Assembly: GCA_947085205.1 (NCBI GenBank) | Contig: CAMTVO010000014.1 | Location: forward strand, 32,001-96,000 | Reading direction: 5' to 3' | DNA length: 64,000 nucleotides | From: an uncultured Nitrospiraceae bacterium | Lineage (GTDB): Bacteria > Nitrospirota > Thermodesulfovibrionia > Thermodesulfovibrionales > Dissulfurispiraceae | Shown: one piece after another, positions 38,294-47,620 of the stretch | Layout of the letters: each line of letters begins with the position of its first letter | How positions within the stretch are numbered: the first letter of the stretch is position 1 | Program-made: the position numbers and the translations under genes | The notes under the pieces: model-generated | What the model was told of the DNA's origin: nothing | What the model saw: the letters and a program-made list of their open reading frames with translations, nothing else | The model's database searches: none

Positions 38294-40339
38294 CTATTCA
38301 ACCTTCACCGTTCCTATGGAATAGACCTTTGTATTCGGCGCTATCTCTCCATGAGAGACAACCATAATGCTGTTGGAAACGCGCTCTGTCAGTTTTTTCA
38401 CGAATCTCCTTATCGCAGGAGAACATATAAGCACAGGCTGATACCCTTTCATAACGCCCTCTTCAAAATTCTTCCTTATGCCATCGATGACTTTTTCTGT
38501 TGTAACCGGATCGAGAGCAAGATACGAGCCCTGCGGCGTGGTCTGCACCGCTTCAATGATCAGCCTCTCCGTCCTCGGGTCTATCAGCATCACGGATATA
38601 GAGCCGTCGGGATTCTGTATCTGTTTTGTTATGCTCCTGGCCAACGACTGCCGCACATACTCGGTAAGAAAATCCGGGTCTTTTGTGATACTCGCATAAT
38701 CGGATAATGTCTCAAGAATTGTCTGGAGGTCTCTTATACAGACCCTTTCCCTCAGCAGGTTCTGCAGCGCCTTCTGTACAGCGCTTAAATTCAGCAATCC
38801 AGGAATCAAATCTTCCACTACCTTCGGATGCGTCTTTGAGAGGTTATCGAGCAATTTCTGGGCATCCTGCTTACCTAACAGCTCATGCGCATGATTTCTT
38901 ATAACCTCAGTAAGATGAGTTGTAATAACAGACGGGACATCCACGACAGTGTAGCCCGCAAGCTGCGCCCTGTCCATATCCCTCTCATCTATCCATAAGG
39001 CAGGCAGCCCGAAGGTCGGGTCTTTAGTCGGCAATCCTTCTATTTTAGTCTTCTCGGCTCCTGAAGAAATAGCAAGATACTTATTGACCATTACCTCAGC
39101 GGATGATACCTCTATACCTTTTATGAGGATGGAGTATTGCATCGGCTTCAAAGACAAATTGTCTTTTATATGAACAGGAGGCACTATAAATCCCATCTCG
39201 GTCACTATCTGCTTTCTTATTGCCTTAATCCTCGCCAAAAGCGGGCCTCTTTCTTCCACAAGAGGAATAAGTCCGTAGCCGATTTCTAAAGAGAGCGGAT
39301 CAAGGGGCAATAATGACTCAAGGGTTTCAGCAGGCCTTGCCTCCTCAACCGGTGCAGGAGCAGCCTCCTCCTCTTTCTTGGCTGCCTTGCTTAAGAAATA
39401 AGCGCCTGTACCGGTAATAGCGGCAAGCGTCAGGAAAGACAGATGCGGCAGTCCCGGAATAAGACCGAAAAAGGCGAGTATGCCTGCTGTTGTTCCCATC
39501 ACCTTTGGATTCACAAATAACTGCTTAACCGCCTCAGCGCCTAAATTTGCCTCTGATGCCGCGCGTGTCACAACAAGACCTGCTGCCGTTGATGTAACAA
39601 GGGCAGGTATCTGGGCAACGAGTCCGTCGCCCACTGTAAGTATTGTATAGGTCTTTGCAGCCTCGGCTATTGGCATACCCTTTTGCAGGACTCCGATAAG
39701 AAAACCGCCTATGATATTGATGACCATTATGACTATCCCTGCTATGGCATCGCCCCTCACAAATTTGCTCGCACCGTCCATTGCTCCGTAAAAGTCGGCC
39801 TCCCTGCTTATCTCCTGCCTCCTCCTCCTCGCCTCCGACTCATCCACCAGTCCTGCATTTAGGTCTGCGTCTATGCTCATCTGTTTGCCCGGCATTGCAT
39901 CGAGCGTAAACCTTGCCGAAACCTCTGCAATCCTTCCGGCGCCTTTTGTTATGACTATGAAATTAATCAGAATCAGTATTGAAAATATTATAAAGCCGAC
40001 CACAAAATTACCGCCGACAACAAATTCACCGAAGGACTTGATGACCTTTCCTGCTGCCTCGGTGCCTTCGTGTCCCCTCATGAGTATCAGCCTTGTGGAT
40101 GCTATGTTCAGAGAAAGCCTGAGGAGTGTCGCTATCAAAATAATAGAAGGGAACACAGAAAAATCGAGGGGTTTATAGATATAGGCAGAGACAAGAATTA
40201 TCACAATAGCGAGTGTAATGCTGAAAGACAGCGACAGGTCGAGCAGTATTGGCGGAATAGGTATTATCATTAATCCGAGTATTAATACAACGCCCAATGC
40301 AAGCACAAAGTCGCTATGTCTCAAAAGCCTGTCAAGCAT
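38294..40339 (-). CDS. flhA: Export gate protein FlhA
   Basis: RIAEVSARFTLDAMPGKQMSIDADL, FYGAMDGASKFV. Confidence 0.98.
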   Translation of the reverse strand: MLDRLLRHSDFVLALGVVLILGLMIIPIPPILLDLSLSFSITLAIVIILVSAYIYKPLDFSVFPSIILIATLLRLSLNIASTRLILMRGHEGTEAAGKVIKSFGEFVVGGNFVVGFIIFSILILINFIVITKGAGRIAEVSARFTLDAMPGKQMSIDADLNAGLVDESEARRRRQEISREADFYGAMDGASKFVRGDAIAGIVIMVINIIGGFLIGVLQKGMPIAEAAKTYTILTVGDGLVAQIPALVTSTAAGLVVTRAASEANLGAEAVKQLFVNPKVMGTTAGILAFFGLIPGLPHLSFLTLAAITGTGAYFLSKAAKKEEEAAPAPVEEARPAETLESLLPLDPLSLEIGYGLIPLVEERGPLLARIKAIRKQIVTEMGFIVPPVHIKDNLSLKPMQYSILIKGIEVSSAEVMVNKYLAISSGAEKTKIEGLPTKDPTFGLPALWIDERDMDRAQLAGYTVVDVPSVITTHLTEVIRNHAHELLGKQDAQKLLDNLSKTHPKVVEDLIPGLLNLSAVQKALQNLLRERVCIRDLQTILETLSDYASITKDPDFLTEYVRQSLARSITKQIQNPDGSISVMLIDPRTERLIIEAVQTTPQGSYLALDPVTTEKVIDGIRKNFEEGVMKGYQPVLICSPAIRRFVKKLTERVSNSIMVVSHGEIAPNTKVYSIGTVKVE

Positions 40340-40348
40340 AAATCTCTC

Positions 40349-41407
40349 CTAAACTCCTTTACTCTTTAACTTATACACATTTGCCAGTATGGTTGCCACT
40401 GCCCTGTAAAGCATTTCCGGAATCTCCTGACCTATATTCAACTTAAACAATGTTCTTGCGAGAGGCTTGTCCTCAAATACAGGAACACCGCTCTTTTGCG
40501 CAATCTCCTTTATCTTTTCTGCAATAAGATTTGCGCCCTTTGCAACAATCGTGGGCGCGCCCATCTTAGGTGAATCGTATTTTAAGGCGACTGCAAAGTG
40601 CGTAGGGTTTGTTATAACCACATCCGCCTTTGGAACCTCCTGCATCATCCTTTTCCTCGCCATCTCTTTCTGCAGGCTCTTTATCCTTGCCTTAACGATC
40701 GGGTTGCCTTCCACTTCTTTGTATTCTTCTTTTATTTCTTGTTTGGTCATTCTCAGGTTCCGGTTATACTGCCATCTCTGATAAGCAAAATCCGCTACAG
40801 CAAAAACGGTCAGGACAACAGCCGAGATGAGCAGAAGCTTTCGTATCTGGTTAAATGAAAATCCGGTAATAGCCTGTATATCCATATCGACAAGGAGCGG
40901 CAGGTTCGCAAGCTCCTTTTTAATTAGCAGATACAGTATCAGACCGAGGACAATAACCTTTAATACTCCTTTTAGGGCTTCAAAGACCGTATTAAGCGCG
41001 AAAAATCTCTTAATACCCTTGATTGGACTAATCTTTTTAAGATCCGGACTCAACGGCGCAGCAGATATTAAAAAGCCTGTCTGGAGGAAATGTACAATGG
41101 CAATGACCAGCAGCATAGTTCCCAGAAGAGGCGCCATCATTGCTACTACCTGAAAGGTATCGGCCTTGATTACATTTACAAAAGAAACCTCGTTCAATGA
41201 AATCTCAAATCCGCGCTTTAACGAAGCCCTCATGTAAGTCAGAAGTGTCGTGAACATAACACCGCCGAATGAGAAGTATAAAAAAACCACCCATAAAGGA
41301 ACTATCCCGGTGAATTCCCTACTTCTCGGAATTTCGCCTTTTTCTCTTGCCTTCTGACGCTTTCGCGGCGTCGCTTGTTCCGTTTTCTCTTCAAACTGCT
41401 CAGGCAT
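40349..41407 (-). CDS. flhB: Export protein FlhB
   Basis: EKTEQAT, NPTH autocleavage motif. Confidence 0.97.
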   Translation of the reverse strand: MPEQFEEKTEQATPRKRQKAREKGEIPRSREFTGIVPLWVVFLYFSFGGVMFTTLLTYMRASLKRGFEISLNEVSFVNVIKADTFQVVAMMAPLLGTMLLVIAIVHFLQTGFLISAAPLSPDLKKISPIKGIKRFFALNTVFEALKGVLKVIVLGLILYLLIKKELANLPLLVDMDIQAITGFSFNQIRKLLLISAVVLTVFAVADFAYQRWQYNRNLRMTKQEIKEEYKEVEGNPIVKARIKSLQKEMARKRMMQEVPKADVVITNPTHFAVALKYDSPKMGAPTIVAKGANLIAEKIKEIAQKSGVPVFEDKPLARTLFKLNIGQEIPEMLYRAVATILANVYKLKSKGV

Positions 41408-41410
41408 CGG

Positions 41411-42160
41411 TTACCTCGCCAAGCCTATGGTAAATACCATTATCGCGTCCTTCACATTTATAAAGGCCTTTGAAACAACCATTATTACAAGCGGCAATGA
41501 CAATGCCATAAAAATAATCCCTCCGGCAATAAGCAGTGGAAAACTTATAAAGAATATGTTCGCCTGCGGCAATGCCCTCGAAAGAAAACCCAGCGCAAGA
41601 TTAATCAGCGCCTGCACAAGGATTACCGGCGCCGCTATCTTAAAAGCAAGCGGGAAGAAAATGGAGTTGAGTTTTATAATCGAATCGAATATGCCGGTAT
41701 ACTGAATGCTTCCTATATCAAAGCTCCGCACAATGCCATCGATAAAATAATGATGCATATCGAGGACAAAAAATATCCCCATTGCAAAAAGGCTGTAGAA
41801 AAGACTAAGAGGACCAAGCTGCTCTCCAAACATAGGATTGAAAACAGCAGCCATACCGAGTCCCATCGCCAAGCTCATCCACTGTGCGGCCATTTCGACA
41901 GCGCCGAGGATTATCCTCGCAGTCAAACCTATAGCGGAGCCTATATAAAAAGCCTCAAAGACAGACCTCACAGGATTATCCGTATTCACATTCACAACAG
42001 GCAAAAGAAGCAATGTAAGCGCAATTGCAAGAGCAGCCCTTACCATAACAGGCGTCATCCTTGCGCCGATAAAAGGGATAAATGAAAGCATAACAGCGAT
42101 CCTTATGAATATCGGGATAAACTTTTCAGAATATGTGGTTATCAGGTTATAAAGTTCCAT
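41411..42160 (-). CDS. fliR: FliR
   Basis: Hydrophobic protein with LSRALPQANIF. Confidence 0.92.
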   Translation of the reverse strand: MELYNLITTYSEKFIPIFIRIAVMLSFIPFIGARMTPVMVRAALAIALTLLLLPVVNVNTDNPVRSVFEAFYIGSAIGLTARIILGAVEMAAQWMSLAMGLGMAAVFNPMFGEQLGPLSLFYSLFAMGIFFVLDMHHYFIDGIVRSFDIGSIQYTGIFDSIIKLNSIFFPLAFKIAAPVILVQALINLALGFLSRALPQANIFFISFPLLIAGGIIFMALSLPLVIMVVSKAFINVKDAIMVFTIGLAR

Positions 42161-42165
42161 ACCAT

Positions 42166-42244
42166 TAGTTTATAGTTCATAGCTATCTTTATAGTGTTTA
42201 TTTTTATCTTTACCATGAGCAATGAGCCATCAGCCATGAGCTAT
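42166..42244. repeat. Inverted heptamer pair between fliQ and fliR
   Basis: tagtttatagttcatagct ... ccatgagcaatgagccatcagccatgagcta. Confidence 0.8.
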
Positions 42245-42247
42245 TAT

Positions 42248-42517
42248 TCACCTCACATACATCGGTATGTTCTCGAATATGCTCCTCGTAAATCCGACCA
42301 GCACCTTAACCATCCAGGGCAGCGCCACCAGCAGCGTCACAAAAACTGCTATTATCTTAGGCACAAAGGTCATAGTCATCTCCTGAAGCTGTGTGATTGC
42401 CTGAAAAATGCTTATCACCATTCCGACAATAAGGCTGACAAGCAATACAGGGCCTCCGACCAGCAGGATAGTCTCGAAGGTCTGCCTTGATACCTGATTT
42501 AATAATTCCATTGTCAT
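42248..42517 (-). CDS. fliQ: FliQ
   Basis: QAITQLQEMTMTFVPK; start at 42517 overlaps the fliP stop (ATGA). Confidence 0.95.
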   Translation of the reverse strand: MTMELLNQVSRQTFETILLVGGPVLLVSLIVGMVISIFQAITQLQEMTMTFVPKIIAVFVTLLVALPWMVKVLVGFTRSIFENIPMYVR

Positions 42518-43608
42518 CTGACGAACCCTCCGATAAGCGAACCTATCAATAAATCCCATCCGTCCACAAGTACGAACAGGAGCAATTTAAAGGGCATGGA
42601 AATCATAATGGGCGGAAGCATCATCATACCCATCGAAAGAAGGATACTCGCTACAATCATATCGATTACAAGAAATGGAAGAAAAATAAGAAAGCCTATT
42701 TCGAATGCCCTTTTCAGTTCTCCTATGGAGAATGCCGGAATAACAACCCTCATTGGAAGATCCATCGGTGTTGCAGGCCTCTCAAGCTTCGACATCCTTA
42801 AAAAAAGCGCAAGGTCTTTTTCCCTCGTCTGCTTCAGCATGAACTCCTTCAAGGGGACTCCGGCCCTGTTAAGCGCCTCCTCAGCATTTATCTGCTTTTT
42901 TGTATAAGGCTGGTAGGCATCGGTGTAGATTCTGTCTACAACCGGAGACATGATAAAAAGGGTAATAAAAAGCGACAGGCCTATTATTACCTGTGTGGGA
43001 GGAACCTGCGGTGTTCCGAGCGCCTGCCTAAGAAACGAGAGCACAACCACTATCCTTGTAAAACATGTAGTCATAACAAGAATTGCAGGCAGTATGGAAA
43101 TCAGCGTAAGAAACAAAAGGAGTTCGAGCGGAGTCGTTAATCCCAAAAAGCTGCCGCCCGCAGGCGGAGGCGGAGCAGGAGCGGCAAAAGAGAAAGAAGG
43201 CAATAGGCAATAGGCGATAGGCAGAAAAGTAACGAGTAACGAGTACCGGGTAACGAGTTTTTTCAAATTTTGAATCTTTGATTTAAAATCTTTTATTCCT
43301 GACTCCTGACTCCTGACTCCTAACTCTTGCTTTAAAGCTTCTTCCACGTCCGATGGGTTAGGCTTGCTGAGAAGGGATATGCTTTCATCCGCAACGCCCA
43401 ATACAAGATATTCTTTTAAGACCTTGACTATTGCAACTCCCTTTTTAGGACCAAAAGGCTGGTATTGAATAATTTCTATCATTCCCTTTTGGGGTAATAT
43501 CCTCTGTTTCAAAAATCTCAGAAGCAGATACAGACCCCCTAAAACTATCAAAAGTGCAAGTGTAACTTTTATTAATTCAATGCCCAAGTTTTCCTCCCAA
43601 TACTCCAT
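42514..43608 (-). CDS. fliP: FliO-FliP fusion with a repeat-derived linker
   Basis: aa 1-95 FliO-like (TM, GPKKGVAIVKV..YLVLGV); C-terminal FliP (FTRIVVVL, MGMMMLPP, LVDGW). Confidence 0.9.
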   Translation of the reverse strand: MEYWEENLGIELIKVTLALLIVLGGLYLLLRFLKQRILPQKGMIEIIQYQPFGPKKGVAIVKVLKEYLVLGVADESISLLSKPNPSDVEEALKQELGVRSQESGIKDFKSKIQNLKKLVTRYSLLVTFLPIAYCLLPSFSFAAPAPPPPAGGSFLGLTTPLELLLFLTLISILPAILVMTTCFTRIVVVLSFLRQALGTPQVPPTQVIIGLSLFITLFIMSPVVDRIYTDAYQPYTKKQINAEEALNRAGVPLKEFMLKQTREKDLALFLRMSKLERPATPMDLPMRVVIPAFSIGELKRAFEIGFLIFLPFLVIDMIVASILLSMGMMMLPPIMISMPFKLLLFVLVDGWDLLIGSLIGGFVR

Positions 43609-43618
43609 TGCTCCATCA

Positions 43619-43948
43619 CTATCTCAATTGCCTTACTCTTTCTGTAGGGCTGACAATATCCGTAAGTCTTATGCCGAACTTCTCGTTTACAACAACAACC
43701 TCTCCCCTGCCTATAAGCCTGTCGTTAACATATACCTCCATCGGCTCGCCGGCAAGTTTTTCAAGGGCGATAACAGATCCCTGTCCTAACTGGAGAAGTT
43801 CCTGAACTAAAATCTTCGTTCTGCCGATAACTACTGTAAGCTCCAGAGGGACATCAAGGATAAAATTTATGTCCCTCTGCGCCACCTGAGGCGACTGCGA
43901 TTCTCCCTGAAATTCCTGCACATCCAAATTTTTAACCTCGTCTGCCAT
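43619..43948 (-). CDS. fliN: C-ring protein FliN
   Basis: LDVPLELTV, GEVVVVNEKFGIR. Confidence 0.95.
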   Translation of the reverse strand: MADEVKNLDVQEFQGESQSPQVAQRDINFILDVPLELTVVIGRTKILVQELLQLGQGSVIALEKLAGEPMEVYVNDRLIGRGEVVVVNEKFGIRLTDIVSPTERVRQLR

Positions 43949-43964
43949 TTTATTCCTCCAATTT

Positions 43965-44040
43965 GGCTGTTAGCTCATTATTCATCGCTCATGGCTTAAA
44001 GTTTTTTATACTCTTTTTTTTGCTATGAGCTATGAGCTAT
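43965..44040. repeat. Inverted GCTCAT / TATGAGC array pair between fliM and fliN
   Basis: The fliM stop TAG lies inside the right arm. Confidence 0.8.
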
Positions 44041-44999
44041 GTTACCTTTGTTATTTTTAATGCATACGAGCCTTTATAAATGCCAAACCTGCCTTTAAAC
44101 TTCGGCGTTTCCTCGGCAAGTATATCTATATCCTCATCCACCCTTTTATCGAGAGTTATTACATCACCGACTTTCAAATCGATTACATCCTGAACAGTAA
44201 CCTTTGAGGCGCCGAGATTGCCTGTCAAGATGAGCGGAATCCCTCTCAGCCTTTCCTTCAGTCTCTCGAGCCATTTTATGTCCAACTCATCCCTGTCTGC
44301 GGAAAATGCGCTGTAAAGTTTTTCTTTAATAGGCTCTACAGTGCCGTATGGAATACAAAGAAACGCCCTGCACTGCTTGCCTTCTATTTCAAGCACAAAT
44401 TCAACCTTTATCACGACATCAACCGGTGTCACGATAGTCACGAACTGCGGGTTCATCTCAGAGCGTACATATGTAGGAACTATCGGATAGACAGGTTTCC
44501 ATGCCTCTTCCATATCGCTGAAAAACATCATTACGACCTTGTATATTATCTTCTGCTCTATGGGCGTAAACTCCCTTCCCTCAGGCTTGTAATAGCTTTT
44601 ACCGGTACCGCCAAAGAAGAATTCGATAAGACTGAAAATCATCGGGGCATCAAACACCAGAAGACCGAATCCCCTAAGGGGCTCCATCTTGAATACATTA
44701 ATGCTCGAAGGGAAAGGAACTCCACGCATAAAATCATAGAATTTCGTGATACTGACATTCACATTCGTTACATCAACCATGCGCCTGACAGCGGCAGACA
44801 GGGAAAGGCGGAAATTCCTGGCAAGCCTTTCATTAGCGATGTCCAGCGAAGGCATCCTGCCCCTGACAATCTTTTCCTGTCCGGTAAAGTCATAGGGTTT
44901 TACGCCGGAGACCTCTTCTACTTTTTCTGTCTCTACAGCGCCTTCAGATATGCCTTTTAGCAGCGCATCAACTTCTTCTTGCGAAAGGATATCTTCCAA
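44037..44999 (-). CDS. fliM: C-ring protein FliM (TTG start)
   Basis: ILSQEEVDALL, YDF, REFTPIE, EMNPQF. Confidence 0.96.
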   Translation of the reverse strand: MEDILSQEEVDALLKGISEGAVETEKVEEVSGVKPYDFTGQEKIVRGRMPSLDIANERLARNFRLSLSAAVRRMVDVTNVNVSITKFYDFMRGVPFPSSINVFKMEPLRGFGLLVFDAPMIFSLIEFFFGGTGKSYYKPEGREFTPIEQKIIYKVVMMFFSDMEEAWKPVYPIVPTYVRSEMNPQFVTIVTPVDVVIKVEFVLEIEGKQCRAFLCIPYGTVEPIKEKLYSAFSADRDELDIKWLERLKERLRGIPLILTGNLGASKVTVQDVIDLKVGDVITLDKRVDEDIDILAEETPKFKGRFGIYKGSYALKITKVT

Positions 45000-45014
45000 T
45001 TAAACCTCCAAATC

Positions 45015-45087
45015 AGGCTATAGGCAAGAGGCCATAGGCTATAGGGAGTGTTAAGAAATTCTCTTCTTGCCTATTGCCAATTGCCTG
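45015..45087. repeat. Inverted GGCNATA / TATTGCC array pair between fliL and fliM
   Basis: aggctataggcaagaggccataggctatagg ... ttgcctattgccaattgcct. Confidence 0.85.
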
Positions 45088-45090
45088 TTC

Positions 45091-45582
45091 TTACTGCATT
45101 ACAAAGTCTGTAAGATAGACATTTTTTACAGAGCTTTCTCCCAGTATTTGGTTAATCCTTATATTTATCTCATCTTTAAGCTGCAGCTTGCCCTCAGGAG
45201 AAATAAGCGCATCAGATGTCTTAGCAGTAAGAAGCGTAATAATCGCATCCCTTATTTGAGGGCTCTTTGTCTTTGCCTTTTCCATAACCGCAGGTCCTGC
45301 AAGCTCAAGCTGCAAAGATAACTTTAAAAATCTTGTCCCTGCAGGGTCGCTGAGGTTGACAACAAACGGCTCAAGGGCAAATGTCACTCCCTCTTCAGCC
45401 TTTGCTGCTTCTTTTTTATCAGCTTTATCCCCGTATTTTGTAAAAAAGAAGAACGCTCCTGCGCCGCCGGCAATCACAGCAACTGCAATAATGATAATCA
45501 GAATCAAATTCTTTCCCTTTTTCTTTTTAGTCTCCTGTCCCTCTTCTTCCCCTTCTAACATCTTTTCTTTTTCATCAATCAT
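45091..45582 (-). CDS. fliL: FliL
   Basis: Single TM, FVVNL, IRDAII, VYLTDFVMQ. Confidence 0.93.
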   Translation of the reverse strand: MIDEKEKMLEGEEEGQETKKKKGKNLILIIIIAVAVIAGGAGAFFFFTKYGDKADKKEAAKAEEGVTFALEPFVVNLSDPAGTRFLKLSLQLELAGPAVMEKAKTKSPQIRDAIITLLTAKTSDALISPEGKLQLKDEINIRINQILGESSVKNVYLTDFVMQ

Positions 45583-45669
45583 AGAAACCCTCCTGTAATT
45601 AGTTCGTAAACCCCGTTAGAAAAAAACTTTCTAACGGGGTAAAAATAAATTGTGAACGGTGAACTACAT

Positions 45670-45685
45670 TTCAAAGAATGTGCCA
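45670..45685 (-). promoter_or_regulatory. Sigma54 promoter for fliL
   Basis: TGGCAC-ATTCT-TTGAA. Confidence 0.7.
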
Positions 45686-45829
45686 AGAAATAACTATTTG
45701 AATTACAATCGATTTTAAAGAGATGGGTCAAAAACTTGACGGTTAGATGCCTATGTCAAGGCATCTAACCGTCAAGTTATCAACTATGAACAGTGAGTTC
45801 TAAATTAAATTTAACCTAAGGCAAAAAGA

Positions 45830-45859
45830 CTGGATTCCCCGATTAAATCGGGGAATGAC
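45830..45859. repeat. REP-like palindrome CTGGATTCCCCGATTAAATCGGGGAATGAC
   Basis: 11-bp inverted arms; related copies at 50794-50880. Confidence 0.75.
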
Positions 45860-45910
45860 AAAGTATAAGAATCGCTCAATTTAGGTTTAAGCCATAAGCT
45901 ATGAGCTATT

Positions 45911-47599
45911 TTACCTCTTTATCGCCATCAGCTCATTCAACAAATCATCTGTGGTTGTAATAACCCTCGTATTCGCCTGAAAGCCCCTCTGATACGCAAT
46001 CATCTTCACAAACTCTTCTGCAAGGTCAACATTGGATGTCTCGAGAGAACCAGCCATAACCCTTCCCCTTCCCGATGTATTAGGAGAGCCTATGATCGGA
46101 CTGCCTGAAGCAGCCGATTCAGTATAAAGGTTTCTTCCCTGTTTTGAAAGCTGGGTGGAGGCTATAAACCTTGCAAGATAAATCTCTGCAATCTTTAATG
46201 TCTGTCCGTTGGTAAATGAGCCGACCATCGTGCCTGTATTATCAATTATAAGGCTCTTCAAACTTCCTGATGAATATCCGTCCTGTTGCTGGAATATGAC
46301 AGAGGAGGCAGAGCCATATTGGGTAGTCTTATCCTGACCGCTTCCGCCTGCTGATGTGCCTGTTCCGAAGTCAAAGCTTATCGCCTGCCCCTGTGTCACG
46401 CCTCCTGCAAAGTCAAATGCCTGGCCCGTTGTCTGTCCATACTGCTGAATATCTCTGACAAGCTTTCCGTTTGTGTCGAACTCAAGATAGCCCTGCCCTC
46501 CAACCTGTATCTGCCCTTGAGTACTGTCTGCAGACTGTGTAATAGCATACCAGTGCCATCTGTTTCCTGTGGTTGTCTCTGCGCCGGCGCCATCGAGGTC
46601 AACAGATTCAGCGGTCTTTCTAAAATATACGGTAACAAGATGTCCGTAACCGAGTGAGTCATAAACAGTGATCGATGTAGTAAAATCAGATGTATTTGCT
46701 GCATTCAGAGGGTCGAACCCTACTGCTGCATAATCAGCCGTAAATGAAGCGGCTGCCGCAGAAGGTCTAACAGACCTGAAACCCAGGATCTGTTCTATTG
46801 TTGTGTTTGTGTCTGCCAATTCAGGAGTAAAAGCGCCGGCAGCTTTGGATATTACAAATTTCGGAGGTCTGCCATCAGTGCCGGCCGTATAGCCAACAGT
46901 AAAATTCCTATCAGCTAAAGGTATCGGCTCAGCATTCAGGGCGCCTTGAACTGCAGTTGCAAGTCCTGAACCATCGTAAGTGCCTGTAGCAATACTTACA
47001 GTATAATCGGTCCCTCCTATGTCAACCACGAGGGTTCTATTCGATGCGTCGATAGTAAATGAATCTGCAGTTCCTGAAAGAGGGTCTTTGGAGGTTGTAG
47101 CTGAATTAAGGTTCGCTGATACCTCAACATTAGCGGTCTGCTTTGGCGGGCTGTTAAGAGATGCTATATTTATAGTGCTTACCTGCCCAGCCTGAGTTCC
47201 TGTCAACAGTTTGCCTTGCAAGCGCAATCCATCGGGATTGACAATATTGCCGCTGCTGTCAAGATTAAACTGACCTGCCCTCGTGTAGTACTGGGCACCG
47301 GAAATGTCCGTCAGAATAAAAAATCCGTCTCCCTCTATTGCCATATCGAGCGGATTGGACGAACTCTCGAGGCTCCCCTGATTAAATATCGCCTGAACAT
47401 TACTGATGAATGTGCCCCTTCCTACCTGAAAGGCAGCTCCGCCTCCTAAAGAAGAGCTCAAAACATCCGCAAATACAGTCCTGCTGCCTTTAAACCCGAT
47501 GGTATTTGAGTTTGCTATATTGTCGCCTACAACAGAAAGCGCCTGTCCGTTTGTGCTAAGTCCACTTACTCCTGTAAAAAGTGATGTCAACATTCCCAT
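45911..47599 (-). CDS. flgE: Flagellar hook protein FlgE (long paralog)
   Basis: GDNIANSNTIGFK, YTRAGQF, LETSNVDLAEEF. Confidence 0.95.
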   Translation of the reverse strand: MGMLTSLFTGVSGLSTNGQALSVVGDNIANSNTIGFKGSRTVFADVLSSSLGGGAAFQVGRGTFISNVQAIFNQGSLESSSNPLDMAIEGDGFFILTDISGAQYYTRAGQFNLDSSGNIVNPDGLRLQGKLLTGTQAGQVSTINIASLNSPPKQTANVEVSANLNSATTSKDPLSGTADSFTIDASNRTLVVDIGGTDYTVSIATGTYDGSGLATAVQGALNAEPIPLADRNFTVGYTAGTDGRPPKFVISKAAGAFTPELADTNTTIEQILGFRSVRPSAAAASFTADYAAVGFDPLNAANTSDFTTSITVYDSLGYGHLVTVYFRKTAESVDLDGAGAETTTGNRWHWYAITQSADSTQGQIQVGGQGYLEFDTNGKLVRDIQQYGQTTGQAFDFAGGVTQGQAISFDFGTGTSAGGSGQDKTTQYGSASSVIFQQQDGYSSGSLKSLIIDNTGTMVGSFTNGQTLKIAEIYLARFIASTQLSKQGRNLYTESAASGSPIIGSPNTSGRGRVMAGSLETSNVDLAEEFVKMIAYQRGFQANTRVITTTDDLLNELMAIKR

Positions 47600-47620
47600 A
47601 GTAAAACCCTCCTTATTGTG

